Source of the DNA: Octopus bimaculoides
Lineage: Eukaryota
DNA length: 64,000 bases
NCBI RefSeq assembly: GCF_001194135.2
Contig: NC_069002.1
Location: forward strand, 14,148,466 to 14,212,465
Direction of reading: 5' to 3'
The notes under the pieces were generated by a model, which saw nothing but the letters and a program-made list of their open reading frames with translations, ran no database searches and was not told where the DNA came from. Positions 13,240 to 25,941 of the stretch are shown here, one piece after another (the first letter of the stretch is position 1; every line of letters starts with the position of its first letter). The translations under genes were made by a program, and so were the position numbers.

Positions 13240-13482
13240 TGTTGATTTGATTGCTAGAAATATCAACCAAAATCCCCTTGAAATCTCGGACTTCCGTCGT
13301 AAAAACAGAAGAATGTATTGTTTATCATGGTCATAGATTCTATATGTGTGAAAAAAGAAAACAGGTTTGGATGATTGCTACTTTTAATTCTAGGGTTTCT
13401 CAATAAGGAATCAGATGGTCTACACGAACCAAACTCCGCCAAGAAGAAGAACAATTGCAACAACACAAGCTCTAAACAACAT
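13240..13482 (+). repeat. Unclassified interspersed repeat (family D) copy
   Basis: Starts gattgctagaaatatcaaccaaaatcccc and ends agctctaaacaac, as at 6560-6770. Confidence 0.6.
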
Positions 13483-14406
13483 TAAAAATATCATCGATAG
13501 TAAAAAAACAACAACAAGAAATAAAATAGAAAGTAAATATAACGAAATTAACGTACTAGGTAAGAATTGAAACTGTGTGTCCGATTTGACAGAAATGTTT
13601 ACTACTTCAATTTGTTTTGATTGTTAAAATTCACAGTTTATATCTTGAAAACTTAATCCAATATAAACTGGTATATTGCGGATTTAAAGTTCCAAGAATT
13701 CTCAGAAAACGTTGACAGGTTTATATAAGTGGTCGTTTCCCAGATCTTCGTCTCGGTTATTTTCCGTCCTTTTTATGGTATTTGTGACACAATTGGCAGC
13801 TGAATCCAACAACGACAGGCTTAAATTCATTGTAGTTCCAGAGGTTGAATGGAATCAACGAAAAAGAAGACTAACTTCTCTGAAGACATCTTGCGCTGTC
13901 ATTTATATTAAAGTAGGGTATTATCAAAATCAAAAGAGAAGCAGGTTGAATTTGTGAAGTTAGGTAAGAATTTAAATAACTGACGATAATAGATTAAATA
14001 TTGCCTCTTTTCGTTTATTGGTTTGCAATAACAACGACACCTGCCGGTGTGGAAAGAACTGAATGGAGAGAATATGGTGTCTCGGCAGCAGTTTAAGAGT
14101 TTCGAGTTCAAATCTAATAGAAAGATTTACAGTGGGTTTGTTTCTTTTCTTTTTTTTTTATGTTAGAAGTAGAATTTGCTGTTTATTCCCAGACGAGCTG
14201 TGATTGGGGCGGGGGAAGAAATCTATGATTAGCGGTGTTTCAACCGTTACCATTCTTTTTTCCATATCTTTGCTGTCATTTTGTATAACAAAGTTTACAT
14301 TGCCTAATTTCAAGGCAAAATGATGGAGTTTTAGTGGGATTTCATTGTTATTATTTGCAAGTTCAACAATAACGTAGACCTTCGCCTCCGCTTGGCTCGA
14401 CAGCAA

Positions 14407-14528
14407 GTTAGGGAGAAAGAGAGAGAGAAAGAGAGAGACAGGAAAGAGAAGATGAAAGAGGAAAAAGAGGGAGAGAAGGAACGAGATGGGGAGAGAGCCA
14501 GAGAAAGAAAGTGAATGAGAGAGATTGA

Positions 14529-14602
<74 letters not shown>

Positions 14603-14610
14603 AGGAGACA
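14407..14610. repeat. (GA)n purine-rich tract
   Basis: Direct reading. Confidence 0.9.
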
Positions 14611-17600
14611 AAAAGTTGTTCCTTGTCTTGCCTCGAAAAATTCGATGAAAGATTCTTACATAACCGAAATAATGTCATCGGAATGAATTTAAGACGTGGC
14701 AATCAATGGTAAACTCTGGAATCGATGGAAAATCAACAATATTGACCAATATGAGATCATTAGGAGAAGTTAAAAAGAGATTTCGATTACATCATGTGTC
14801 TATGGAAATGTTCTATTAAACTGGAATCGAAGCAAATCTTACGCCCCCTCCACCTCACATTTATTTCTGCTGAATCTCAATGGTCAGCTTTTAAAAACTT
14901 TGTAATTTTGGTAAGGAAATCCATCATCGACATTGGTTCACTATCGCATAACTTCGAAGGAACAATCTACAGATACATACACATGCACACACGCACATAC
15001 ATGCAAATACACTCACACATATACATATTCGCACATAATTCAGATACACACTCGCGCACACCTGCAGAAACACACACGTATATATACGCAAATATATATG
15101 CAAATACACACGCTTAATATAGATACACACGTACATACACTTATGTAAAAACACAAACGCACATACACACACTCACACACATATTAACCTTTACCAACGT
15201 CAAACAATTCTCCCAGTAGCCATTGTTATTGATCACAGAACATGTACATGGACTTGGGTCGAAGATGAAGATTTTGGCAGCTTTCTTTTACTTAATCATG
15301 CATAAAATAATACACATGTGAAATAATCTAAGTTTTAGGACGCTGTAGTCATTGACGATCCGGTTGATGTAAGAAGCATCGTGTAGTTGAAATATCATCG
15401 ATAAACTGAAGGCTGGACAAGAGATTTCACTAGAATATGGCGGAAATGTTACTCTCTAAACTAATGTTAAATCGTTGAAGAAGAAAAAGAAAACGATAAA
15501 ATAAATAAATAAATAAATAAATAACATCATTTTCAAGACGTGTTGCTCAGAACACACCCAAACATTTTTTTTATGATTCCATTCAAAATAATTGCCACTC
15601 AAAACTTCCTGTCAAGTGCAGAAAGTCTATTTAAAGAATAATAAAAGCAACTAAATTTGTAGCTAAATTATTATTATCATTATAATTGTTGTTGCTATTA
15701 TTATTATTATTATTATTATTGTTATTATTATTATTATTATCATTAACATTATTATTATTAATATTATTAATATATTTCACAATGTATCTTGGAATAAGCT
15801 GATATTTTCGAAGTGGTTGTGTAAGAGACTTGGATTCATCAATTTTGTTCTTAATGAAAAAAGCGATTCGTTTGGAATATTCTATTGGCAAGAAAATTCT
15901 GGAATAGTTCAATAGTTATCCTGTTTACATTGGAGGAGTGGTGATGGTGGTGATGTTGGTCGTCGTCGCTGTGGATGTGGAGATATGTGGTCTGTTTTTG
16001 AACAGTTTATATATTAGATTTTAGTAAAATGTTGCTCAATCGTATTTTCGCATGACTTTGTATACTGAGCGAGTGTTGAGAGATGTTATTAGCGAGAATG
16101 GAGGAGTCAGTGAAATACATTTCATTGATAGAAAGCCTAGCTGTGAGGGGAAATATAAGAATATAAATGCATTCTTTCTATGCACTTTATGTCCTGATGG
16201 ATTACTTCACGGATTTTGCAGTTTGTCATTTATAAAAATATTTATAATTGATATAAATTTATTTCTTAAAAAACAAAAATAAAAAAAATGAAAATCAACA
16301 AATTGAAGTAGCTGACATCGCAAAGGACAAAATATTCGTGTACGAAAAACTAAATGTTGTTCCTAAAGTTAATATATATAGTGACAGTTTTGCTGAAATA
16401 GCTATCCAAATTCGATATAGACAGAATCCAAGCAAAAAAGTGAGAGCCCGCATCTTTGCCTTTGGAATAAATGGTGGTACATACTTCATACAATAAACTT
16501 ATGGGGGTTCCTTGTGCCCTGGAAATAACAACCAGAGTAGCCTAGGCTGACGTGTGAAGTAATTTCTCCTCTTGAAGGGGCCAGCATGCATGGTCAAGTC
16601 TTAATGAGTCCTGAAAAGCAGAGAAACAATTTCTGTATCATATGGTTGTGCAGGACAGGATACCCAGCTGCTACACGCGTGAAAGTAAGAGATTTGTGGG
16701 TTATTTTCTTGGAATTGGTCGTAATTTGGAGAAGCAGGGATGTAAAGAGAACCACAACAACGACATCAACCGGGCACAGAAGTCGCTGCTGTCAAGAAGC
16801 TGCAAGTAATGTCTCTGGAAATGACATTAGTGATCGCGTTCTGCTTAAGCTTACGAGACGATGAAAAGGAAAGCGACTATAAACCAACGGAATTCGTAGG
16901 TAAGAAGGCTTGCACTCCACCTCAGTTCCAGTAGTAGCATCTTATTGTTCTGCTGCTACATTTGTCCTTGTTAGAATCACCCCAGTCTCTTGCTTTGAAG
17001 AACTAGTAAGACTAGGAAAAGACAAAAAAAAAAAATAATATTAATGGAAAAACGAAAGTAATGATGACCAACTGTGACCAGAAAAAGAGCAACAATCCTA
17101 AGTTTCAAGGTCTTCATCATCCCAAACTCTGAGAATGGTAAGAAAAAATAATTCATGACATGTATTAGAAGCAAATGAGCAAATTCCTCATTCCCTAACA
17201 GTAGCAACCAGAGGTTCCACCATTCCAACGTTGTATCACGAGAAAGAGAGGAAAACATAGAAATTGTCAAAAGAAACACTAAGGAAAGAAGAAAAGATCT
17301 AACAACAAAGAAAAGCCATCACGAAAGGGAGACAGGAGACGAGGAAGAATTTTATAGCCTTTTCTCAGGAAAATAATGAAGTAAATGGAGAGGACAAAGG
17401 ACAAAGAATCACTGTCCTTAGAAATTCAGACAATTAATGACTTTTCTGAGGTGTCAAGGATTTACCAAAATAAAGACCACAGAAAAGTAGTTATATTTAG
17501 AATAATGGCAACAGGTAGAAGATAAGTCGTTGGTAAAAAACAAACAAAAACATAATAAGTGATTAAAGTAATCTTATTCTGAAAATGCTTAGGTTTTTCA

Positions 17601-17984
17601 ATTACATCTAGATTAAGAATCACTAACTAGTATCTTAGGTGACCAAGCAGGCAACTCAAAGATTGGTTCGCGAACACAGACGTCGAGTCCGCTAACCTGA
17701 TGTAAGCCAAAACTGTTTTATGTTTTATTTCCTTTTAATTATAGCCTTTTCCCATTATAGTGTTTTGCATTGTACGTTTTAAAAGCTTGTTTCTGCGTAA
17801 ATTTTCTTTTACCAAAGCCACAAACCCTCCATTAGTCTTCTGTATAATAGCGTTCCACCTCTTCCTTCGTCATTGTGTAAATTGTACATCACATCCCACA
17901 CATTCTCTGTAAATCATCCTCTCTAATAAACGTTTCCGAATTTCCTTGGATCCCTTCGAACCGTTGTGGCTAATAAATAAAGCA

Positions 17985-18012
17985 TTATTATTATTATTCC
18001 TATTATTATTAC

Positions 18013-18084
<72 letters not shown>

Positions 18085-18085
18085 G
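17985..18085. repeat. (TTA)n microsatellite
   Basis: Direct reading. Confidence 0.95.
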
Positions 18086-18089
18086 ATTT

Positions 18090-18300
18090 TTGAGCCGGTG
18101 AGCAGGTAGAATCTTTACAGCAGCATTTTGTGCGTCTTTTTTTTTTCTGAGTTCCAATCTCGCTGAGGTGAACTTTGCTTTCCGGCCTTTCGGGAGTCGA
18201 TGAAAATAAAACAGCAGTTAAGTATTGCAGTTTATGGTACCGACTAACTGTTTGTCCTTAAAATTATTGGCTTTCTTTCAAAATTAGAAGTTATTATTAT
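18090..18300 (+). mobile_element. SINE family B copy
   Basis: Head gagcaggtagaatc, B-box ctgagttccaatctcgctgaggtgaactttgc, body cctttcgggagtcgatgaaaataa. Confidence 0.7.
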
Positions 18301-18753
18301 CATTATTATGGAGTGACGGTTCACTGGAGAAGGCAAATACTATTACTAAAGTCAAAGAGATTAAAATTTCGTGTTGATATTTTTATTTTGAAAGTTACCG
18401 AATCTAATTTTCTGATTCGATCTTATCTGATGAGTAGCGCAACATTAGTTATTTCACATGCTACTCAAATTTGTGAATTTTCCATGTCAAACAAATTCTG
18501 GTTGGCGGTATTTACATAACACAGAGAGTTGCAACAAGCCTCAGGTTTACACAAATACCAAACTTCTCCCATTGGCAATCTGTGTTATCTGCATATTAGG
18601 AGAAGCGATACATAGACAAATTGTATTCTTGTTAAACATCTTGTTGTCAGAGTTTATATAAGTTTGTATTTATGAGTGAATTCCAACTCTGAGGCATATA
18701 GAATCAGTATTTTGCATGGTTATATACATACATACATACATACATACATACAT

Positions 18754-18805
<52 letters not shown>

Positions 18806-19019
18806 CAAAATAAGCAACACGGATACATTAATATTTTGTATGTAGGTGGATATGTGTGTGTGTATTATTTAGTGCCACAGATGCTCGAATATACAGACCG
18901 CCCAAAATAAAAGGAAGAGACAAGCACAAAATATTTTGTTCCAGCGTGATTGCTTTGTAACTTTGACCAAATTTCTTAACTTTTAAATGGTTTCTCCCTT
19001 AGCAATATAAGAGAGCATT

Positions 19020-19170
19020 AAATTGGTTTCAACGTTTGTCACAGGGCCAGTTATTTTGAGGGAGAGGAAAGTCAATGACATGGACCCCAGTGTTGAACTG
19101 TTACTTATTTTATCGACCCCGAAAAGATGAAAAGCAAAGTGAACCTCGGCGGGATTTGAACTCAGCATTT
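19020..19170 (-). mobile_element. SINE family B copy
   Basis: gaccccagtgttgaactgttacttattttatcgaccccgaaaagatgaaaagcaaagtgaacctcggcgggatttgaactcag, the reverse complement of the family body and B-box. Confidence 0.85.
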
Positions 19171-20554
19171 TGACTCGGAAGAAAGGCTCATTGAATTAAT
19201 GTAACACATCAAATTCGGCTCTTTGATGTCGATCTCTTTTTGCTTACTTTCCATCTCTCGAAACATTATCAAATATGTATTAAACAGTTAAAAATGCAAC
19301 CTGGGGTATTCTTATGTTTAGAATACACACAGACGCCTCAGCAACAGAGGATGAAGATGTGGAGGTGCCTGGAGAGACGTCATTCTTTTCACCTATACTT
19401 CACTTTTCGTGCGATGAATCTACGGAACTGGTGGTAATTCCTTTTCACAGATCCGCCTGATACCACAGTCGTGGTTTGTTTGTGGTTTGTTAGAGTTTGC
19501 TCTGGTTTCAGAATCAATAAGAGAGCGGGGCATCAAACAACTAGTTCACTCTTTTGTCTCTGATTCCCGAGGTTAGTAACAAACTGCTAATCCAGGAGAG
19601 TCATACAAAATCAACTCGAATGTAGGATCGGAGGGCGTGGATGACCGAGTTTGATAATAAAAGGCTAACACCACAGAGATTGTAAAAGAGCTTGAGGCAA
19701 AAAGGAAATTAAAATATCTGGAGTACTTTTGCTGAAATTCTTATTACACTTGCTGAACTCCAAAGATGATCTTGGCTAGAGTCATAGCCAGAGTATTCAA
19801 AGAAAAGGTGAAATAAACATTGGAGGTACTTTACCCTTTACAGAAACTGCATGAGTTACTCCCAGGTATTGGAAGCTCTCCTTCTGAATCTATCGAAATG
19901 TCAGAAATCCTTCTCTATTATCAGAAAGTATCTCAGATTCACAAGCGTTCCGCTCTTATCCTGCATGCCTTGTCTGGGTTGGTCAATGAGAACGGAATTA
20001 CTCGTCGTCTGCAGAAGGTTTCCACATGCCTGAGGCCCTTTGTTAACCGAAGTGACCTTAAGTTTGTTTCAGCTGAAACGCAAACCTCCTTAGTGGCTTT
20101 CTTCAGTTACTAGTGGTCCAGACGTATCTCTTTTGCAGGAAATAGTGCACCGATATAGCTGGGAGGGGGCAATACGTCGATAACAAACACACGTACTGAT
20201 GTTATTTCACCTCTTTTCTTTTATGATGCGAAGCCGTCGAGTGCATATTCTGATGGCAAGAGCTTAGAATATTTCACTTTCATATTTGGTCTGTAAGTGC
20301 AAAGAAAATACAAAAGACGTAATACGTGATTTAAAAGTTTAAAATAGTTGTATGCATTTAAACTGCGTTCACAACTATGGCCACTGTCCTTTTTCTGATT
20401 AACCTATTCAAAACAATCGACAGCGTCTTCCATCCTCTCGAGGTCCACGAAATACATTAGCGCTTAGTCATGCAATGGTTGAGATATAATGAAGAATACC
20501 TTTGAATGCGCTGCTTCATCAAAAAGACAACGATCAAGTATAGAGTTTCTATGT

Positions 20555-20740
20555 GTCTGATCGACCTGCTAGACATAGCAGTCAAATCCTTTCAAATTAG
20601 ATCATACAATCTTAAAAGTAGGCACGCTGGATGCAGTGTTCCACAGGGCATTATATATGAAAAAAATTCGGGATGGTCTTGTCTGGAAAAATCTTTAATG
20701 ATAGTATACATTTGTCAGAACCAGCCTTGGGCTAAGCAAT
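20555..20740 (+). repeat. Unclassified interspersed repeat (family D) copy
   Basis: gatcgacctgctagacatagcagtcaaatcc...tcttaaaa motif. Confidence 0.55.
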
Positions 20741-21162
20741 TACAATATCAACAAGAATAACAATAACGAAGAATAGTTAAAAACATTTGTTGGAAAAAAG
20801 ATTAGAAACGAACGTGAACAACAACGAACGCCATTTTTCACTATTGAAGTTTCACATGTCAATTAAGTGTCTTTAGAATTCATGGCGCATTTCCCCTTTG
20901 ATGCTAATTAGTTTAAAACTAAATGAGTAAACATTTGATTACCTCGGGTGATTTGTTGTCGGTGTCATCATCACAATCATCATCATCATTATCCTCACCA
21001 TCATCATCATCGTCGACTTAGTCGTCATCTTGAAATATTCTAAAGTGATGGAAGTATTACACTTTGTGGTGCATTACCAGAATATGAGGATTATTTGGAA
21101 TTTTCTATAAAGACATACACCCCAATCACACACCCATACAAACATGTACATACCTGCTTATG

Positions 21163-21211
<49 letters not shown>

Positions 21212-21757
21212 GAGAATTTTTTAAGTGAGCTTCTTCTAGCATTTTGACAGACCGGTCACTGGTCAATCTTATATACACAAGTACTATAATCTCTTTAGGA
21301 TCTCGAAAAATTTTTTCAAGAACCTTCTGATTCTTTTAATGTGCTAGTTTCCTGGTATTAAATTGATATTAATTAATATCGAATTTTTACCATATTATGT
21401 TAATTATCTAATAGATAGATAGATAGATAGATAAGGAAAATAAGACAAGTTAGAAAATGCTAAAATNNNNNNNNNNNNNNNNNNNNNNNNNNNNNNNNNN
21501 NNNNNNNNNNNNNNNNNNNNNNNNNNNNNNNNNNNNNNNNNNNNNNNNNNNNNNNNNNNNNNNNNNNNNNNNNNNNNNNNNNNNNNNNNNNNNNNNNNNN
21601 NNNNNNNNNNNNNNNNNNNNNNNNNNNNNNNNNNNNNNNNNNNNNNNNNNNNNNNNGTGAGCAGCAGGTAGCAGTAGTCCTAATATTTGATATGAATTCT
21701 TGTTTCTGATTGTTTAAGCAGCAGTAGTAGTTGAGAAAGGAGGCGGTGGAGAAGAAG

Positions 21758-21826
21758 AAGAAGAAGAAGAAGAAGAAGAAGAAGAAGAAGAAGAAGAAGA
21801 AGAAGAAGAAGAAGAAGAAGAAGAAG
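21758..21826. repeat. (GAA)n microsatellite
   Basis: Direct reading. Confidence 0.95.
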
Positions 21827-22089
21827 GAAAATGCGGGAGTGGTATGATAGTGGTATGATGTTGGTGCAATCCTCTTAAATGGTCAAGTGACCTAAAAGTG
21901 ACCTGTTGTGGTTGTAATAATAGTGATTGGAATTGTTCCGAATAAATTCTTGGGTAGTGACTGTTATGAATATATCGTTTTTACTATTTGCGTGGACATT
22001 AATCTAAGGCCCTTGTAATAGTGTCATTTGTGGTGGACGCATTCAAAAGGGGTTTATATTTTGTGATAAAGTATGACTCTTTACTAATG

Positions 22090-22760
22090 CGTTGACTAAA
22101 GGTTTCATCGTGTCTGAATTGACAGAAGGGAAAAGGTATGAAGCTGGGTTGTTTGTTATTGGCGCAAATTGACAGATTTTCGCAAATGTAGATATGAACT
22201 GCAAAAGCAGAAATTTAATTTAATGCATTAAATGCTCAAATTGCGAGGAACCATATACTGGCAAGACAGAGAATGCATTATCGGAAGGCTTACGAGTCCA
22301 CAGACAGCAAAACCGGAACACCAATGTTCGCCAAATTCTTTTGAGCGAACATATAGAGACATGTGGTCAGAAAATGTTTCTAATTTTTCATTTTCGCAGA
22401 CTGCATGATATAAGCGAGGTTGGCAGAAAGATAAATGTAAAACGGTTTATTAACATGTTCAGACCTGTTCTGAACAGAAATAACAGCAATAATATAACAA
22501 CCAGTTAATGATGTCGATTAATAAATATAAACAAGTTACAGAATATCGGTCTGCCTGGCAAAGCGTGATTTTTAAGAGCATGCGGATTGATCAGAAAGGT
22601 ATTCTAAAAATTCAGCTGGTTGGAGCGTTCTAAGAGGTACTAAAGTTGTCAAGAACTCAACTGTCAGTTAAACACATTTGAAATTTGATGAGTACAATAT
22701 GTACGAAAGCACTAATTTTGTTAAAATACCATAATAAAAACCAGACTATGTTTTAACTTT
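22090..22760 (+). mobile_element. Penelope-like element 3' fragment: GIY-YIG endonuclease pseudogene plus pseudo-LTR
   Basis: Manual translation of about 22190-22508: DMNCKSRNLI*CIKCSNCEEPYTGKTENALSEGLRVHRQQ...SEHIETCG...FINMFRPVLN. This is the PLE GIY-YIG pattern (NLIY-C..C..C-YIG-T, R..H), with Y mutated to TAA. Confidence 0.85.
22679..22720 (+). ncRNA. Minimal type I hammerhead ribozyme (degenerate, C3U) in the Penelope pseudo-LTR
   Basis: tgaaat|TTGATGA|gtaca-ata-tgtac|GAA|ag-ca-ct|A|attttg gives stem I of 6 bp (2 GU), the core, stem II of 5 bp, a 2-bp stem III and a CUA cleavage triplet. Confidence 0.75.
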
Positions 22761-22803
22761 ATTCAACTGATATATTATTCTATACACATTCAAACAAATT
22801 CGA

Positions 22804-22840
<37 letters not shown>

Positions 22841-23142
22841 ACAAATGTGCATATATATATATATATATATANNNNNNNNNNNNNNNNNNNNNNNNNNNNN
22901 NNNNNNNNNNNNNNNNNNNNNNNNNNNNNNNNNNNNNNNNNNNNNNNNNNNNNNNNNNNNNNNNNNNNNNNNNNNNNNNNNNNNNNNNNNNNNNNNNNNN
23001 NNNNNNNNNNNNNNNNNNNNNNNNNNNNNNNNNNNNNNNNNNNNNNNNNNNNNNNNNNNNNNNNNNNNNNNNNNNNNNNNNNNNNNNNNNNNNNNNNNNN
23101 NNNNNNNNNNNNNNNNNNNNNNNNNNNNNNNNNNNNNNNNNN

Positions 23143-23174
<32 letters not shown>

Positions 23175-23518
23175 AGGGTTAAGGGATAGAGTAGATAAGA
23201 TCCAGGTTACATATGTTTAAAAGAGAACGGAACCTCAGAAGTGGTAAATATCCAAGCGAGGTTTATACCGTAGGCTACTCTTCAGGCCAAGGATATCTAG
23301 ATTAAATGAAAGTTTGCATAGTCTCAAGGAGGTTCATATTAACACACTCAATATATATTACTTTACGCTTACACGCATGCATACATGCACATACAAACCG
23401 ACACTGATACAAAGTCACACACACACACTCACACAACACACACATTCACAACGTTTATCACGTTGTAGACCCCAATATATTTCATCGTCCATTACTGCTA
23501 CTCCTCGTAGCCATAGTA

Positions 23519-23755
23519 AGTAATACGCAAGAAATATCAAATATTCATATAAATCTAATCCGCGATTTGCCATTTAGGTGTTAGTTGCTCTGGTGTTAGT
23601 GCTTAGAGACATTGTGAGTAATGCGCAATATCAAATATTTATATAATCTAATCCATGATTACCATTTCGATGTCAGTCTCCTTGGTGTTAGTTCTTAGGG
23701 ATATAGTAATACGTAATATCAAATATTTGTAAAAAATCTTATTCGTGATTAACTG
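23519..23755. repeat. Local tandem repeat, ~90-95-bp unit x2.5
   Basis: agtaat(a/g)cg(c/t)aa...tatcaaatatt...aatct recurs at about 23519, 23617 and 23705. Confidence 0.75.
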
Positions 23756-24739
23756 CAACTCTCCTTGTATATTGGATTTGTACATACATCTGCCCGAACA
23801 TGCAGAAGAAACATTCTGTTTATATGTCCTGAGCATATATTTACCGTTCAGTTCTGCTTAAATAAAGAGAAAGGAAAGAGAGAATATCATTGCATTTATA
23901 TAATTGTTTTGGTTTCATTTTTTTTTCCTTATGTGAGGGCGTTGTTTGTGATATAATATCCATATCTGATGATCTATGTTTATAATGCCATCGACATGGA
24001 GTTTGTATTTTATGTTTAAATAATGCTGCATCTTGGTGAATGTTAACATGTTAGCCAATCCTTCATTGTATTACACTAAAACGAACGAAATATCAACTCA
24101 GAGCAACAGAGACAAAAAAAAAAAAGCCTATCAAGTAGGATTATTTTACAGCAATATACTCAGTCAGAAGAAGGAATCGAAAATGATGGGGTGCGGGGAG
24201 ATTGTACCTGGTGAACGTTTTGTTCTTATCAATTGGCACCTCAATATAATTATGTGTGTATGTGTATATTTCAGGGTCGCAACTTTGTATTCCAGTCTCT
24301 TAATATTTACCTATTCGTACGTTTTAAGCGAATGCAGGACTGTATGTTTAAGAGACAGGCTTTGCGACCACTTTGTCTCGGGTTCCTTCCCACTGAAGAA
24401 CCTTTGGTAGGTGATAGCTATTATATAACACCGGGGTGATCAATGCCTTTTGAATGAAACTGGCAGACACACACAAACACAAAAACACACACAGGTGTGT
24501 AACTTTACTTGAGTATATTTTATTCAACGCTGCTTCATGCGACTGTAATTTGTTTTAGATTTGAAATTTTCTCCTGGGGCTACTCGAAACAGTAGGTCCT
24601 CCCTCGTCCGCGTGTGCTCGATCGTGTTAAATATGTATGTGTGTATGTATATTTTCTAACAAAATAAACACACTCTGCTCTGTGTATTGAGTACTCCATT
24701 GTAAACTCGAACACAGGCACATACACCTTTCTACTATAG

Positions 24740-24840
24740 GCACAAAGCCTGAAATCTTGTGGGAAGGGGAAACTCAATTACATCAACCCCAGTACTCAAC
24801 TGGTACTTAATTTATCGACCCCGAAACGATGAAAGGCACA
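24740..24840 (-). mobile_element. SINE family B, 3' part
   Basis: aaccccagtactcaactggtacttaatttatcgaccccgaaacgatgaaaggca. Confidence 0.85.
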
Positions 24841-25871
24841 TACTCATATACGCATATACACACACACATATGCATATGTATAACGTATGATGTAAGCATG
24901 TATGTATATATATATATATGTGAGCGTATGTATGTGTGTATACACACACACATATATAGCAGAAGCATGATCGCTCTTGACCATTAGGTATCCACATTGT
25001 GGATTTTTACTTTTAGATACCTATTACGTGATGATCCAGTCTATTTTGCTATACTTGGACAGTCCACCACTTCACATGATGGACTAGCCTATATACACCC
25101 CTACAAATATATGTATAATGCATGTAAGCGTGTATGTATGTATATATGTGTATGTATGTATATATGTAAATGAAAAGTGCATTAAATACTGCAAAACATG
25201 CACGTAAGATAGACACTAACTAGAACCCTAATACTTCATCAGTTATCGACCGAAAAATACTAATACCTAGTTTCATGCCTTTAACAATAAGACTAGGAAC
25301 TTCGTATATCGGTGGCACCCGCAAAATTTTCGGAGTATTAGCGCTCGAGCAAACAAAATAATACAAGGTGAACGTACGAAAGTAAACAACAGTAATTTGA
25401 AACGATAGACAAAGACAGTAAATAAATATAGCTTTGAGGCCAAACACGAGAATGACAGATTAAAGCCGGGGAGAAATCCTCAAATGGATATAAGCAACAA
25501 AATTGAGAAGAGAAAAAGTTTGACCAGTACGCTAGACCTCCAGCGAAATATATATATATATANNNNNNNNNNNNNNNNNNNNNNNNNNNNNNNNNNNNNN
25601 NNNNNNNNNNNNNNNNNNNNNNNNNNNNNNNNNNNNNNNNNNNNNNNNNNNNNNNNNNNNNNNNNNNNNNNNNNNNNNNNNNNNNNNNNNNNNNNNNNNN
25701 NNNNNNNNNNNNNNNNNNNNNNNNNNNNNNNNNNNNNNNNNNNNNNNNNNNNNNNNNNNNNNNNNNNNNNNNNNNNNNNNNNNNNNNNNNNNNNNNNNNN
25801 NNNNNNNNNNNNNNNNNNNNNNNNNNNNNNNNNNNNNNNNNNNNNNNNNNNNNNNNNNNNNNNNNNNNNNN

Positions 25872-25939
<68 letters not shown>

Positions 25940-25941
<2 letters not shown>

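Noticed and set aside
13263-13490. Signal-peptide-like minus ORF (LLQLFFFLAEFGSC) and TM-like frame ACVVAIVLLLGGVWFV*
   Set aside because: The segment is colinear with the family D interspersed repeat (same start and end motifs as 6560-6770), and the ORF starts at TTG.
14158-14406. 82-aa minus ORF with a beta-rich, protein-like look
   Set aside because: Non-ATG start, no good splice sites, no recognisable domain, and it abuts a GA tract.
16578-16600. GGCCAGCATG start resembling the HDV ribozyme 5' end
   Set aside because: No downstream complement for P1 and no P3/P1.1/J4-2 elements.
18420-18470. CTGATGAG followed by a gtagc/gctac stem (hammerhead-like)
   Set aside because: Stem II is followed by TCAAA rather than GAAA, and stems I and III cannot be formed.
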